This document shows positions 25,591-38,166 of a DNA stretch of 64,000 bases, in pieces; within the stretch, counting starts at the first letter, position 1, and every line of letters starts with the position of its first letter. A model generated the notes under the pieces. That model made no database searches, was not told where the DNA came from, and saw nothing but the letters and a program-made list of their open reading frames with translations. The translations under genes were made by a program, and so were the position numbers. The DNA is from Octopus vulgaris (lineage: Eukaryota). The DNA is taken from NCBI GenBank assembly GCA_951406725.2, contig OX597833.1, positions 39,928,001 to 39,992,000 on the forward strand, read 5' to 3'.

Positions 25591-27034
25591 TTGTTATATA
25601 TATATGTGTGTGTGTGTATGTATATATATACATTTATATATAATATTTATATACATATATGTATATACATATATATATACATATATACATATATATTATA
25701 TATAGATATGTGTGTGTGTATACATATATATATATATATACATACATATATACATACATATATACATACATATATATATATATATACCAATATGTATATT
25801 TATACATATATACATATATAAACATATATCATATATATGTATATACTTATATGTATCTATACATACACATGAATATATACATACATATACATACAAAGTC
25901 CCACACATAGATGCACAAATTCATATACACATACAAGTATAGTTATAGTTCATGGTTTAGCACTATGTAAATGTGGATTTGGTGTGTGTGGGGTAAGTAA
26001 ATGGAGGGTAGGTAGTTGGCAGGTAAGTAAGTAGACACTAGTGTACACAACTGGGTGTTTAGGTGAATAACTGAGAAATCAATGAAGTTAGTGAGGAGAC
26101 TCTTGTGGTGGCCAGTTCAATTCTGAATCCAGACAGTCTTTTTTGTTTTTCTGTATATGAGATTGTATTAAAATCACTGTTATGCTTTTTGATAATGGTA
26201 GGTCATACTGGAGCAGACAGACTTGGGACTCATTGTCTAAATTAAAGACAGGATGGTCATGCCAGGAAAGCTTTCAGTCAACAGTTTCAAATTTTTGGCA
26301 CACGGCCAGAAAATTTGGTGGGGGGGGGACCTTGTGGTTTCAACAACCCCTGTGTTTGACATGTAGTTATTTTATTGATCCTTGAAATGAATGAAATGCA
26401 AACATTAACAACAATTTATCAGCAGTTACATTAACGACAACAAAATCAACAAAAATACCCACTACATATTTTTAACAACAACTGCAACAATAACAAACAC
26501 AACAATAGCAGTAACAACAATAACAACAATAACAACTGTATCAGCAACAGCATCATTGATATTGTAAATTGAACAAGAGCAATAACAACAAATACCAGGT
26601 ATTATGCAAAACCAAGGTAGGGCTAAGGCCCGTCGTTCAGAAGTTACCTTTTGTTTGTTTTTTAGGTAGGCCCACCATCTGTTTCTAGTTTGCCAGACTT
26701 ATTATTGTGTTCATAATATTACCAATTTTTGATAGTTGAGTGGAATAGAAGAACATGAAATGAACACAAGACACTGCCTGGTCCAGGAACCAAGAAAGTC
26801 ATATTTTTATGATCATGAGTCCAACACCCTAACTACTAAGTTACATGTCTCCACCAATAATAAAAGCAAAACAAAAATTACAGCTACAACATCAATAACA
26901 ATAATATTAACAATAATAACAATGACAGTAATAATAATATCAACAACAGCAACTGCATTAACAACAACTGCAATTACAATTTTGGTAGCAACAATAGTAA
27001 CAATAATAATGAAAACAAAATCATCATTATTACA

Positions 27035-27268
27035 TACTCTTTTACTCTTTTACTTGTTGAGTCATTTGACTGTGGCCACACTGGAGCAACGCTTTCTAGT
27101 CAAGCAAATCGACCCCAGGACTTATTCTTTGTAAGCTTAGTACTTATTCTATCAGTCTCTTTTGCAAAACCGCTAAGATACGGGGACGAAAACACACCAG
27201 CATCTGTTGTCAAGCGATGTTGGGGGGACAAATACAGACACACAAACATATACACACGCACATACATA

Positions 27269-27300
<32 letters not shown>

Positions 27301-27392
27301 CATATATACAATGGGCTTCATTCAGTTTCCATCTACCAAATCCATTCACACTTGCCCAAGTGCCACACAGTGGGACTGAACCTGGAACCAAG
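27035..27392 (-). mobile_element. SINE family B, head partly deleted
   Basis: Reverse-complement match. Confidence 0.85.
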
Positions 27393-27766
27393 CAGTAGTA
27401 GTAGTAGTAGTAGTAGTAGTCATGGTGGTTGTGGTGGAGGAGGTGATGGTATTGTTGTTGGTGGTGGTGGTGGTGGTAGTGTTGATGGTAGTGGTGGCAA
27501 ATTATTTATAATAATTTACTTTTCTCTGTTGGCATGTTATTACTTTTCCATTTTCTGCCATTTATTTCTACATTCATTGATAGATTTTTTTTTTATTATG
27601 CTTGGTAGTGGTTTAATTTTGCTCCCTGTGGTCTTCCTGGAGGGCAAATCCACTTCCTTTTTTTTTAATATTTTAGCGTTAGACAGTAGAATAAAAATGA
27701 AAATATTTTTAAGAACCAACTTTGTTTTCTAACCTTAGCAGGGGTTGCCCTTCCAAAAATAACTAT

Positions 27767-28408
27767 CTTTTATCTTTTACTTGTTTCAGTCATTTGACTG
27801 TCATCATGCTGATGAAGGGTTTTAGTTGAACAAATCGACCCCAGGATATTTTTTTAAGCCTTGCACTTATTCTCTCAGTTTCTTTTGCTGAATCAATAGA
27901 TTACGGGGACATAAACACACCAACACTAGCTGTCAAGTAGTGGGGGGGGGGGGGACAAACAGAGACACAAAAAGACACACACATGCAGGAGTGGCTGTGT
28001 GGTAAGTAGCTTGCTTACCAACCACATGGTTTTGGGTTCATTCCCACTGCGTGGTACCTTGGGCAAGTGTCTTCTACAATAGCCTCAGGCCGACAAAAGC
28101 CTTGTGAGTGGATTTGGTAGACAGAAACTGAAAGAAGCCCATCGTATATATGTATACATATATAAATATATATATATATATATATGTATGCTTATGTGCA
28201 TATGTTTGCATGTCTTTGTTTGTCCCCCAACATCGCTTGACAACCAATGGTGGTGTGTTTACGTCCCTGTAACTTTGCGGTTCAGCAAAAGAGATCAATA
28301 GAATAAGTACTAGGCTTCCAAAGTATAAGGCCCTGGGGTCGATTTCCTCGACTAAAGGCGGTGCTCCAGCATGGCCACAGTCAAATGACTAAAACAAGTA
28401 AAAGAGTA
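27767..28408. mobile_element. SINE B 3' half (minus, 27767-27980) adjoining a full SINE B (plus, 27984-28408)
   Basis: Matches to the family B consensus. A remnant of the minus copy's other half follows at about 28440-28480. Confidence 0.85.
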
Positions 28409-28622
28409 TAGATATATACATATCTGTCTATATAAATGATAGGATTCTTTCAGTTTCCATCTGCCAAATGCATCACAGGGTTTAGTTGTGAGAGCAGTTG
28501 AGTTTAGTTCAGATATTCTCATTTTAAAAATCACCTCCAGCTAATCATTGAGAAGATGTTGGTGTTGCCTTGGTTGAGGTTTGTGCTCTCTGGGTGCTCT
28601 TATTATTATTATTATTATCATT

Positions 28623-28851
28623 ATTATTCAGGGACCTTTTGAACAGGATGGGCTATTCAATCTGAAGAAAATTCTAACTGGTGCCACCTGCAAGGTCATG
28701 TGCTGTTTATCTCGATATGAGATCACCATGTCATACACATAGGGTTGTGATGTATGTGCCTGATGTAGCCTTATCAGATGTGTAGTCATGATGGATATAT
28801 TGGGCTTCATACCCCAGTATCACTTTGATCACATGCACTGCTCTCTCACTC

Positions 28852-28897
<46 letters not shown>
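28623..28897 (+). mobile_element. (TAA)n-tailed retroposon family D, 5'-truncated
   Basis: Homologous to 57771-58200. Both end TGCTCTCTCACTC-(AAT)n. Confidence 0.8.
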
Positions 28898-28902
<5 letters not shown>

Positions 28903-28914
28903 TAATAAAAAATT

Positions 28915-29300
28915 TTAAAAATGCTTTCTAATTGATGTATCAATACCGGCAGATGACAACATGTCTCTAAAAGAAATGGAGAAACTTTCAAAATACAAAG
29001 ACCTGGAAATAGAGGTAACCAGAATGTGGAATCTAAAAACAGAAACAATTCCTATCATAGTAGGTGCATTAGGCATGATAAAAAAATATTCAGACAAATA
29101 CATAACAAAAACACCAGGACTTACAAACACATATAACATACAGAAAATTGCACTACTAGGCACTGCACACATCCTACGCAGAACACTTTCCATACAATAA
29201 CCATCAGAGCATCACAACAAATCACAGCACATACCCAAGGCACACAGAGCTGCACTCGGTAGTGAAGTGAAAGCACGCTATAAAAATAAAACTACTGAAT
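28915..29300 (+). mobile_element. R4/Dong-clade non-LTR retrotransposon 3' end (restriction-like endonuclease C-terminus and 3' UTR) within (TAA)n
   Basis: Open peptide KCFLIDVSIPADDNMSLKEMEKLSKYKDLEIEVTRMWNLKTETIPIIVGALG...IQKIALLGTAHILRRTL. TAA repeats on both flanks. Confidence 0.88.
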
Positions 29301-29360
29301 GATAATAATAATAATAATAATATAATAATGATAATGATGATGGTGATAATAATAATAATG

Positions 29361-29445
<85 letters not shown>

Positions 29446-29539
29446 ATAATAATAATAATAATAATAATAGTAATAATAATAGTTATAGTTATGGTAATAA
29501 TGGGATACATAGTCACACTGATATGTCTCTTGGAAAATT

Positions 29540-29800
29540 ATACATATTTTCGAACAGTAGTTTAGTAGTGCTATCTCTAGCCAAGCAGTTATTCTGTGCC
29601 TAGGAAGTGAAATAACCCAGAAACTGCACTCCACAGATATTGCTTTGTGCTGGGTGGAGATGCTAGACTCTCCAATTTGAAAATATAAGGACACAGTGTG
29701 TCTTATGGCCAGCTGGAGGCAATGTTTCCTGGGGCTAGATAACAGTAACATTCGTCCAAACCAGGACTGCCACATTATGTTGGCAAATAATCTTTACTTT
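29540..29800 (+). mobile_element. Penelope-like terminal-repeat fragment with a decayed hammerhead motif
   Basis: TCTGTG-cctaggaa-GTGAAATAACCCA-GAAAC-TGCA-CTC-CACAGA at 29593-29637. Downstream sequence is homologous to 10390-10544 and 45110-45240. Confidence 0.55.
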
Positions 29801-29831
29801 ACAATTAAATAAAGTATTCTCTTTTGCACTG

Positions 29832-30340
29832 TTACTTGTTTCAGTCATTTGACTGCGGCCATGCTGGAACACCAGCTTAAAAGGTTGTTTAGTTGAAGAA
29901 ATCAACCCCAGGATTTATTCTTTGTAAGCCTTGTACTTATGCTATCAGTCTCTTTTAGCTGAACTGCTAAGCTACATGGACGTAAACATACAACCATAGG
30001 TTGTCAAGTTATGGTGGAGGGAGAAACACACACAGGGCCTGGTGCAGCCCACTAGTTTGCCAGACCTCAGTCAAACCATCCAACCTATGCCAGTATTGAA
30101 AGTAAACGTTAAATGATGATGATGATGATGATTATGATGATGATGATGAGATGATGATGATGATGATATGTATACAATGGGCTTCTTTCAGTTTCTGTCT
30201 ACCAAATTCATTCACAGTGGCTTTGGTCACCCAGAGGCTATAGTAGAAGACACTTCCCCAAGGTGCCACACAGAGGGACTGAACTGAGAGCCATGTGGTT
30301 AGGAAGCAAGCTTCTTACCACACAGCCATGCCTGCACCTA
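29832..30340 (-). mobile_element. SINE family B with a family C 3' fragment (about 30035-30168, plus) in its centre
   Basis: B halves flank GCCTGGTGCAGCC...CCAACCTATGCCAG...(GAT)n. Confidence 0.85.
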
Positions 30341-31068
30341 TACTAGGCAAGATTTGAACTCAGAACCAACTAGAATGAAAACCAGTAGGACGTAACATAA
30401 ATATATAAGGTACAGGCAAAGCCGATAGAATTTACCTCAGTGTATGACTGGTATTTGTGTTAGAAATGTCCCATCACACATTACAACTCTCATATCACCT
30501 CTAGTCTAAAAGAGATGACATTGACATTACCAGAATTTGATTTTGGAACAAAAGGAAATCAAAACAATACACTTTTAAGTATCTGCTCCATCACATGTCT
30601 TTCTGCCATCTTTAGTAATTAAATAAACAAACAAATAATGAGGCCAACAATAATATATAATAATGATAATAATGATAATAATAAAAATAATAACAATGAT
30701 GATTATGCTGGTTGGTGGCAGCTGGTGGTGGTGGTGGTGGTGGTGGTGGTGGTGGTGGTGGTGGTGGTGGTGGTGGTGATAATGATGATGGTGATGGCAG
30801 TGGTGGTGGTGGTGGTAACAATAGCAATAACAAGAATGATAGTGATGGTGATAATGATTTTCTAATATTTCTAATAATAATAGTATTGACAAGAACAATG
30901 ACAATGCAAACAACAACAGCGACGATGAAGAGAAGAATGATGATGATGACAATGATGATGATGATGACGATGATGATGATGATGACAGCAATGACAGCAA
31001 CAATGATGATGACAATGATGATGATACTGCTGCTGAGGATAATAAAAAAATAAAGAATAATAATAATG

Positions 31069-31134
<66 letters not shown>

Positions 31135-31627
31135 TAACAACAACGAGAGCAATAACAAAGACATTAATAGCATTAAGAACTCAACAAAAAAAATATCAAG
31201 AAAAAACCCAAAACACACACACACACACAACATACTATCAACACCCATCACTAACACCACCACTCTACACGCATATACACATATATACACACATATATAA
31301 CCATTATATAGAGCAAAATTACAAAGGCAACGTAAGAGATGAAACAAAGAAAAAAGTAGCAGTTATGTTGCACAATGGGCAACTAATGCACATTGCAGCA
31401 TTTAATTCAATCAACTGCAGAGGCTTGTAATCTTTTGATGTAGTCTATATCATTTCTCCTTCTACACTAGAATCATAAATACAATGAGAATATGTTATGT
31501 TTATGTACATATGTACCTATTATGCACATGTGTGTGTGTGTATGTGAGTGTGCATGTCTTTATGTGTTTGTATTTGCATGCATATGTGTGCATACATATA
31601 TATATATATATATATTTATATCCATTA

Positions 31628-31666
<39 letters not shown>

Positions 31667-31899
31667 GAATAAATGTATGTGTATACATAATATATACACA
31701 TATATATATATGCAAATATACATGCATATGTACATCATTCTTTATAAAGTTATTTGTATGCATGTGTATATATAAATATATCATACATACACACACACAC
31801 ACACATATACATATATATATCAGTGATATAGCCTTTGTTTTTCTTCATAAAATATTGATAGAAAAATGTATTATGTGTGTGTGTGCATGTATTTGTATG

Positions 31900-32180
31900 T
31901 ATAAACATACATATATATATATCTATTATACCTATATTATATAAGCATATATAAACACACACATATATATACATATACCTATATATATATATATATATAG
32001 GTATATGTATATATATGTGTGTGTTTATATATGCTTATATAATATAGGTATAATAAATATATATATATGTATGTTTATATATATATAGGTATATGTATAT
32101 ATATATGTGTGTGTTTATATATGCTTATATAATATAGGTATAATAAATATATATATAGGTATGTTTATACATACACATAC
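31900..32180. repeat. approximately 180-bp near-perfect palindrome plus a tandem duplicate of its right arm
   Basis: 31901-32078 is self-complementary around 31989/31990. I saw one mismatch (31923 vs 32056). Confidence 0.9.
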
Positions 32181-32208
32181 ACACATATATATCTTTATAC
32201 ATACACAT

Positions 32209-32240
<32 letters not shown>

Positions 32241-32324
32241 GTATATATATATGTACACACACACACATATATGTGTGTCTATATTTGTGCATATATGCAT
32301 GTGTTGTGTGTGTGTGTGTGCATA

Positions 32325-32884
32325 CATCATTGTTATTATCACCATCTTTCTGTCTGCTATGGATTGGATAGTTTGACAAGATCTAACAAGTTCAAGGATT
32401 GTATTGTGTCCCAATATCTACTTGACATGGTTTCTACAGCTGGATGTCCTTCCTAATGCTAACTACTTCACAGAGTGCACAAGCAGCAGTTTTCATGGCA
32501 TCAGCTCTAGTGACGTTACCATGCTGCTTGTAAGACCCAGATCCCAATTTATTGAGTGGTGCTACAGCTGACAGGGAGGTGGCTTTATGCTAAAATATAA
32601 TAGTTATTAATCAAAGAAATCAACCCCAAGACTTATCCTTTGTAAGTCTAGTACTTATTCTATCAGTCTCTTTTGTCGAACTGCTAAGTTATGCAGGCAT
32701 AAACACACAAGCATCGGTTATCAAGTGATGGTCCAGAGACAAACACAGGCACAAAGTCACATGCATAAATATATACATGTATATCAATATGGTGGCCTTC
32801 TTTAAGTTTTCCATCGACCAAATTCATTCACAAGGCTTTGGTCAGCCGGAGGCTACAGTAGAAGGCACTTGCCCAAGGTTCCAG
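32325..32884 (-). mobile_element. degenerate family C element followed by a degenerate SINE B
   Basis: TTCTACAGCTGGATGTCCTTCCTAATGC (family C core, reversed); B body at 32610-32884. Confidence 0.7.
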
Positions 32885-33043
32885 TATATATGTATGCAAT
32901 TATGTGCTTTAACTACAGCATTATAGCTTTTTAGCTCTTATTTCTAGCAATATAGGTGTTTCTAACACCCTAGTCATATTTAGCAATGATTATAGTCTTC
33001 CTTTTTTGGTATCTCATTGAGGCAGTATTAACACATGCACACA

Positions 33044-33091
<48 letters not shown>

Positions 33092-33970
33092 CATATATAT
33101 ATATATGTCCCTCTTTTGGCTTTGGTGCAAAATACACTCTTGTTTATATCTATAAGAGTGCATTTTGCACCAAAAAGTTAATATGTGAGTTTCTCACATG
33201 GTGACTACCACAGTATAGTTAGTTCTAAAAGAATATCCAGGTTTAATTGAGGAGTGGTTGAAGATAAGTAACATTAGAGAGAAGGTGGGGAAGAATGGGT
33301 AATGACTGAGAAGATTGAGTAAGCTATAGGGGTGGATGTAGTGAATAGTGGACAAGGGTAGAGGCGTGATTAAGGATACATATGACTTGAGGGAACGTAG
33401 GAGGAATAGGTGATGACTGATAATACAGAAAGGGATGAAGAATTGCAAAATGTTAATTAGGCAATAGACAGGGAAAGAATGAAAGAAATAAAGAAAGGAA
33501 GATGATATGTAGGTGAGTAGGGTGCAAGAGTGTGAATTGGGGTAGGCATGCACAGTGCATGAGGAGAATGAGAGATGTATGGTAATGGAGAAGGAAAGAT
33601 AATTTGAGTGATCAATGGAAAATGTAATTGGAGAGGGACAATATTAAGAATGAAGAATAGATGTCTTGTGAGATGGTTCTGGGTTCTAACAAAAGTAACT
33701 AGTATCAGAAAATGTTGAATGAGATATGCAGTTCTACTCTCATTTCAGTATTACAACAAAATATTGCATGTAAGTAATAATGGTGGGATCAGGAATAAGG
33801 GAAATTATAGACTTGAGCAGGAGATAAGAGGTCCAGTTTTATATATATATATACATTTTAGTCTCATGACTATTTTTCTTTTCCACTGGGCCGCTGGTAG
33901 TGATAAATTTCTATCAAATTTTTTACTACCCTAAATTGATTAATTGATTATATATATATATATATATATA

Positions 33971-34618
33971 TAGGAAAATGTGTTGTTGAAAATGCACTTA
34001 AATTTCAAAAGCTCATAAATGTTTAAAATACATTTATTTACATATATACCAAAATAGTTTCAACAATATTTTTGTTTATCAATGGTAAAAGTGTAAAATT
34101 AGAAAAACATCGTTATAAGTTTCAATGTTGACAAATCAGAATGTTTCAATGTTGACAAATTGAAATGTTTCAATGTTGTTAAATTATCATGTTCAAAACA
34201 GAAGGTGTAAGTTTGAAATTAAAACTGTATATTGATTTGTTAGAATGTACAAGGTTCATTAATTTCAGTGGTGGTCGAAAAGTCATACTGAAAAAAACAA
34301 GTGTGAGAATTAAAATAGTAAAAAAAGAGGAAATTACGGCTTCTCAGATCTTTAAACAGTCGCTTCCGTTTGCAATGGTATGTTTTAGGGAAAGATGTAT
34401 TTATAAATTTTTTTCTGCGAGCGGATCTGATTTTGATTCGTTAAAAAATTGATGACATTTTTCTTCTGTGGTCAAGCTTGTCATTCTGCTTGGTTGGTTT
34501 CCTTGCAGGGTACAGTTATAGGTCATTCCCAGTTGGCTGGTTCTCTTGTAAATAAATGTATTTTAAACAAATACGAGCTTTTGAAATTTAAGTGCATTTT
34601 CAACAACACATTTTCCTA
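33971..34618. mobile_element. element with approximately 72-bp terminal inverted repeats embedded in (TA)n
   Basis: TAGGAAAATGTGTTGTTGAAAATGCACTTAAATTTCAAAAGCTC... at 33971-34042 pairs with 34547-34618. Internal 24-bp tandem repeat three times at about 34120-34190. Confidence 0.75.
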
Positions 34619-34756
34619 TATATTTTTCTTGCGTGGAAACACCATTCCCTCTTTTGCTATATATATATATATATATATATATACATAAATAAGGTGGTTT
34701 TAGAGTCAAGTTTTGGCTGCTATTTCCAGCGTGGTGGTATCTCTTAGATACCCTAA

Positions 34757-34794
<38 letters not shown>

Positions 34795-34796
<2 letters not shown>

Positions 34797-35221
34797 GTGA
34801 TATGCTGTGCTTGAGAAAACCTGTCAAGCCAAGTGAAATCATAGTCATGGCCAATTCCAGTGTTGCTTAATTGGAACCCATAATGGTAGCACATGAAAAG
34901 CACCCTTTGAACTTTGGGCTCCACGGAGACAGTGACAAGTGACCTTTGGCACTATGCCATGCTTGAAGACCTGTCAAGCCAAGTGAGATCACAGTCATGG
35001 TCAGCGCTAGTGTTTCATAACTGGCACCCATGCCAGTGGGACATAAGCAGCACTCACTACACTCTCGGAGTGGTTGGTGTTAGGAAGGGCATCCAACTGT
35101 AGAAACCATGCCAAATCAGATCGGAACCTGGTGCAGCTCCCCAGCTTATCAGTTTTCAGTCAAACTGTCCAACCCATGCCAGCATGGAAAACAGATGTTA
35201 AATGGTGGTGATGATGATGAG
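34795..35221 (+). mobile_element. family C: (GAT)n-tailed, RTE-type non-autonomous retroposon
   Basis: GGAGTGGTTGGTGTTAGGAAGGGCATCC core and CCAACCCATGCCAGCATGGAAA...(GAT)n tail. The 5' module is duplicated. Confidence 0.8.
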
Positions 35222-35244
35222 GAATGAGATATATATATATAGAT

Positions 35245-35296
<52 letters not shown>

Positions 35297-35539
35297 GTAG
35301 GTAGGTAGATAGATAGACAGACAGACAGGCAGACAGACAGACAGGCAGACAGACAGACAGGCAGACAGACAGACAGGCAGACAGATAGATAGATATAGTT
35401 GGTGTTAGGAAGGGTATCCAGTCATAGAAACCATGCAAAACTGATAAATGAGGAGGGGGAGGGGGAGGAGGAGAGAACGACGACGACGACGATGATGATT
35501 ATGATGGTGATGACATATACACACAATCATGCTTCTAAA

Positions 35540-35930
35540 ATTTTAGTTTCACTGAGATAAGTGGGTCTTCTCAAACTGAGGACTGAGCTTTGCCTTCACA
35601 CAAATATAACACTTTAACTTACATAGCTCATACAGCCCTCACATGCCATTTATCTACTCCTAGTTTCTTTAGGTACCACTAAATTACTGAGCCTGGTATC
35701 CTGTCTAATATCTTTTCAAGGTTAATAAATACTAGAAACAGTGGTTTACTATTAAGCAAGTATTTCTCCTGCAGTTGCTTCCCTATGCAGATCACACCCA
35801 TGGTAACTCTTCCAGGCAAAAAAATCAAACTGCATCTCATTCACCTCTACTCTGTCATGGATCAAATACATTACGTCTCTCTCAAAGACCTTCATAAACT
35901 AATCAAGCAGTTTGAGTCCTCTATAATTTC
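35540..35930 (+). mobile_element. possible degenerate CR1/L2-type RT fragment
   Basis: Faint similarity to LGFL..R..YF...LL.LY..QIRP. Heavily decayed. Confidence 0.3.
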
Positions 35931-35984
35931 CACTCATTAATGTACATGTTTTTTTGCCATTGTAGCATATATGTTTGTTCATAT

Positions 35985-36055
<71 letters not shown>

Positions 36056-36066
36056 TACATACAGAC

Positions 36067-36195
<129 letters not shown>

Positions 36196-36239
36196 TAGAT
36201 GTAGTTGTGTGTGTGTGAGTGTGTGTGTTTCTTTGAATG

Positions 36240-36703
36240 TGAATTTTATTATTTATTCTAACAATGTTTGCATAATAGATAGTGAGAGTGCCAACTGCTA
36301 TATAAACTATGAAGTCATTGATGATATACAACATCTGAAATTTAACTTAGGTGATAACTAAATAATCCCTGTTAATGTCACTTCAATCGCTGATAGCCGT
36401 AAGGAACTCAATCGTATGTTTAATAGTAATTACAATGTTAGCAATGACTTTAGTGGTAGAAGCCGTAATCTAAATATATGGAGAAATCAGGCAAATAGCA
36501 ATAACAGTAATAGTAATAGTAATGTAAATTATAGTAGCAATGATAGCTACAGATGTAATAATAGTACTGGTGATATAGTTCCTGTTGATATACAACCAAT
36601 AAAATATTGTGTAACACAGAAGACCAGTAAAATGCCTACTGAATAATAAATGTTTAACATAGAATGTTGTTTATAAATGCTCAATTATCATTTGAAGTCA
36701 GGT

Positions 36704-36783
<80 letters not shown>

Positions 36784-37008
36784 GGTACTGTAAATTTAGA
36801 GTGAATACTTGTTAAGTGTAAGCACCTGTATATGCCAGATAGTGGCAGAGGTGAGAGAATGTATCAAATATAAATTAAAAACGGAACACAAAGGATATTG
36901 CAGATGTGTACCACGATATCCTTTGTGTTCTGTTTTTAATTTATATTTGATATATGTATATATATATATATATATATATGACTATATATATATATATATA
37001 TACTATAG

Positions 37009-37044
<36 letters not shown>

Positions 37045-37310
37045 TACTATGACTAAAATTTCAAATCAAAGTTACATAATCATTTACACACCTTTAAGAG
37101 GAAGATAAGATCAAATCAACATCATTAGCAGCAAAAATCTGAGAATTGAAAAGACCTGGTATTGATTACACAATTTCTTGGTCTGTTGTGAGAAACTCTT
37201 TGCAATAGTGATGGCAGCAGTTGTTTTCTGTTGCATGGAAATTCTCAAAATGTTTTGCTGTTTGAAGACTCTCATTAATAGATTTTTGTGATATTTAATA
37301 TTTACTATAA
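36240..37310 (+). pseudogene. Penelope-like element 3' ORF: Asn-rich linker, Cys motif and GIY-YIG endonuclease, split by (TA)n
   Basis: LCN/RRPVKCLLNNKCLT*NVVYKCSII..FIY-[TA expansion]-YIGT..FKSKLHNHLHTFK/EDKIKSTSLAAKI*ELKRPGIDYTISWSVVRN. Confidence 0.78.
36781..36955. other. short insert in (TA)n ending in a 37-bp-stem hairpin
   Basis: TATCAAATATAAATTAAAAACGGAACACAAAGGATAT-loop-ATATCCTTTGTGTTCTGTTTTTAATTTATATTTGATA. Confidence 0.8.
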
Positions 37311-37439
37311 TACAATTTGTTATGTCTCTTAATTGTAATAAAACTAAGCAGTAACAATTGCAATATTTAATAGCATTAATTAATATAATATGTTGATAAT
37401 AAAATTTATAACAATAATAGCTGTAATAATTTTAATAAT

Positions 37440-37645
37440 GTTTTCAAATTTTGGCACAAGGCCCGCAATTTCAGATGAGGGAGTAAGTCAATCACATCGA
37501 TCCCAGTGCGAAACTGGTACTTATTTTATCGACCCCAAGAGGATAAAAGGCAAAGTCAACTCCAGCAGAATTTGAACCCAGAACATAAAGACAGACGAAA
37601 TGTTGCTAAGCATTTTGTCCAGCATGCTAACAATTCTGGCAGTTA
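37440..37645 (-). mobile_element. SINE family A
   Basis: Reverse-complement match. Confidence 0.8.
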
Positions 37646-37754
37646 ACATCGAACTCAACACATTTACCTTTAATGATAGTAATGACAACAATTTAGTCAG
37701 GTATTTTACTAGCCCAGTAGATGCCTGTAAAATAATAATTTTTTTTTTCATTCA

Positions 37755-38166
37755 GGTGCAGGAGTGGCTGTGTGGTAAGTAGCTTGCTTATGAACCACAT
37801 GGTTCTGGGTTCAGTCCCACTTCGTGGCACCTTGGGCAAGTGTCTTCTACTATAGCCTTGGGCCAACCAAAGCCTTGTGAGTGGATTTGGTAGATAGAAA
37901 CTGAAAGTAGCCTGTCATATATATATGTATTTATATATGTATGTGTGTGTATATGTTTGTGTGTCCGTGGTTGTCCCCTCGACATTGCGTGACAACCAAT
38001 GCTGGTGTATTTATGTCCCTGTAACTTAGTGGTTCAGCAAAAGAGACCGATAGAATAAGTACTAGGCTTACAAAGAATAAGTCCTGGGGTCGATTTGCTT
38101 GACTAAAGGCGGTGCTCCAGCATGGCCACAGTCAAATGACTGAAACAAGTAAAAGAGTAAAAGAGT
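37755..38166 (+). mobile_element. SINE family B, full length
   Basis: Near-consensus copy. Confidence 0.92.

Noticed and set aside
36416-36646. Host terminal exon or stop-codon read-through
   Set aside because: It continues into Penelope Cys and GIY-YIG motifs, so it is better explained as TE linker.
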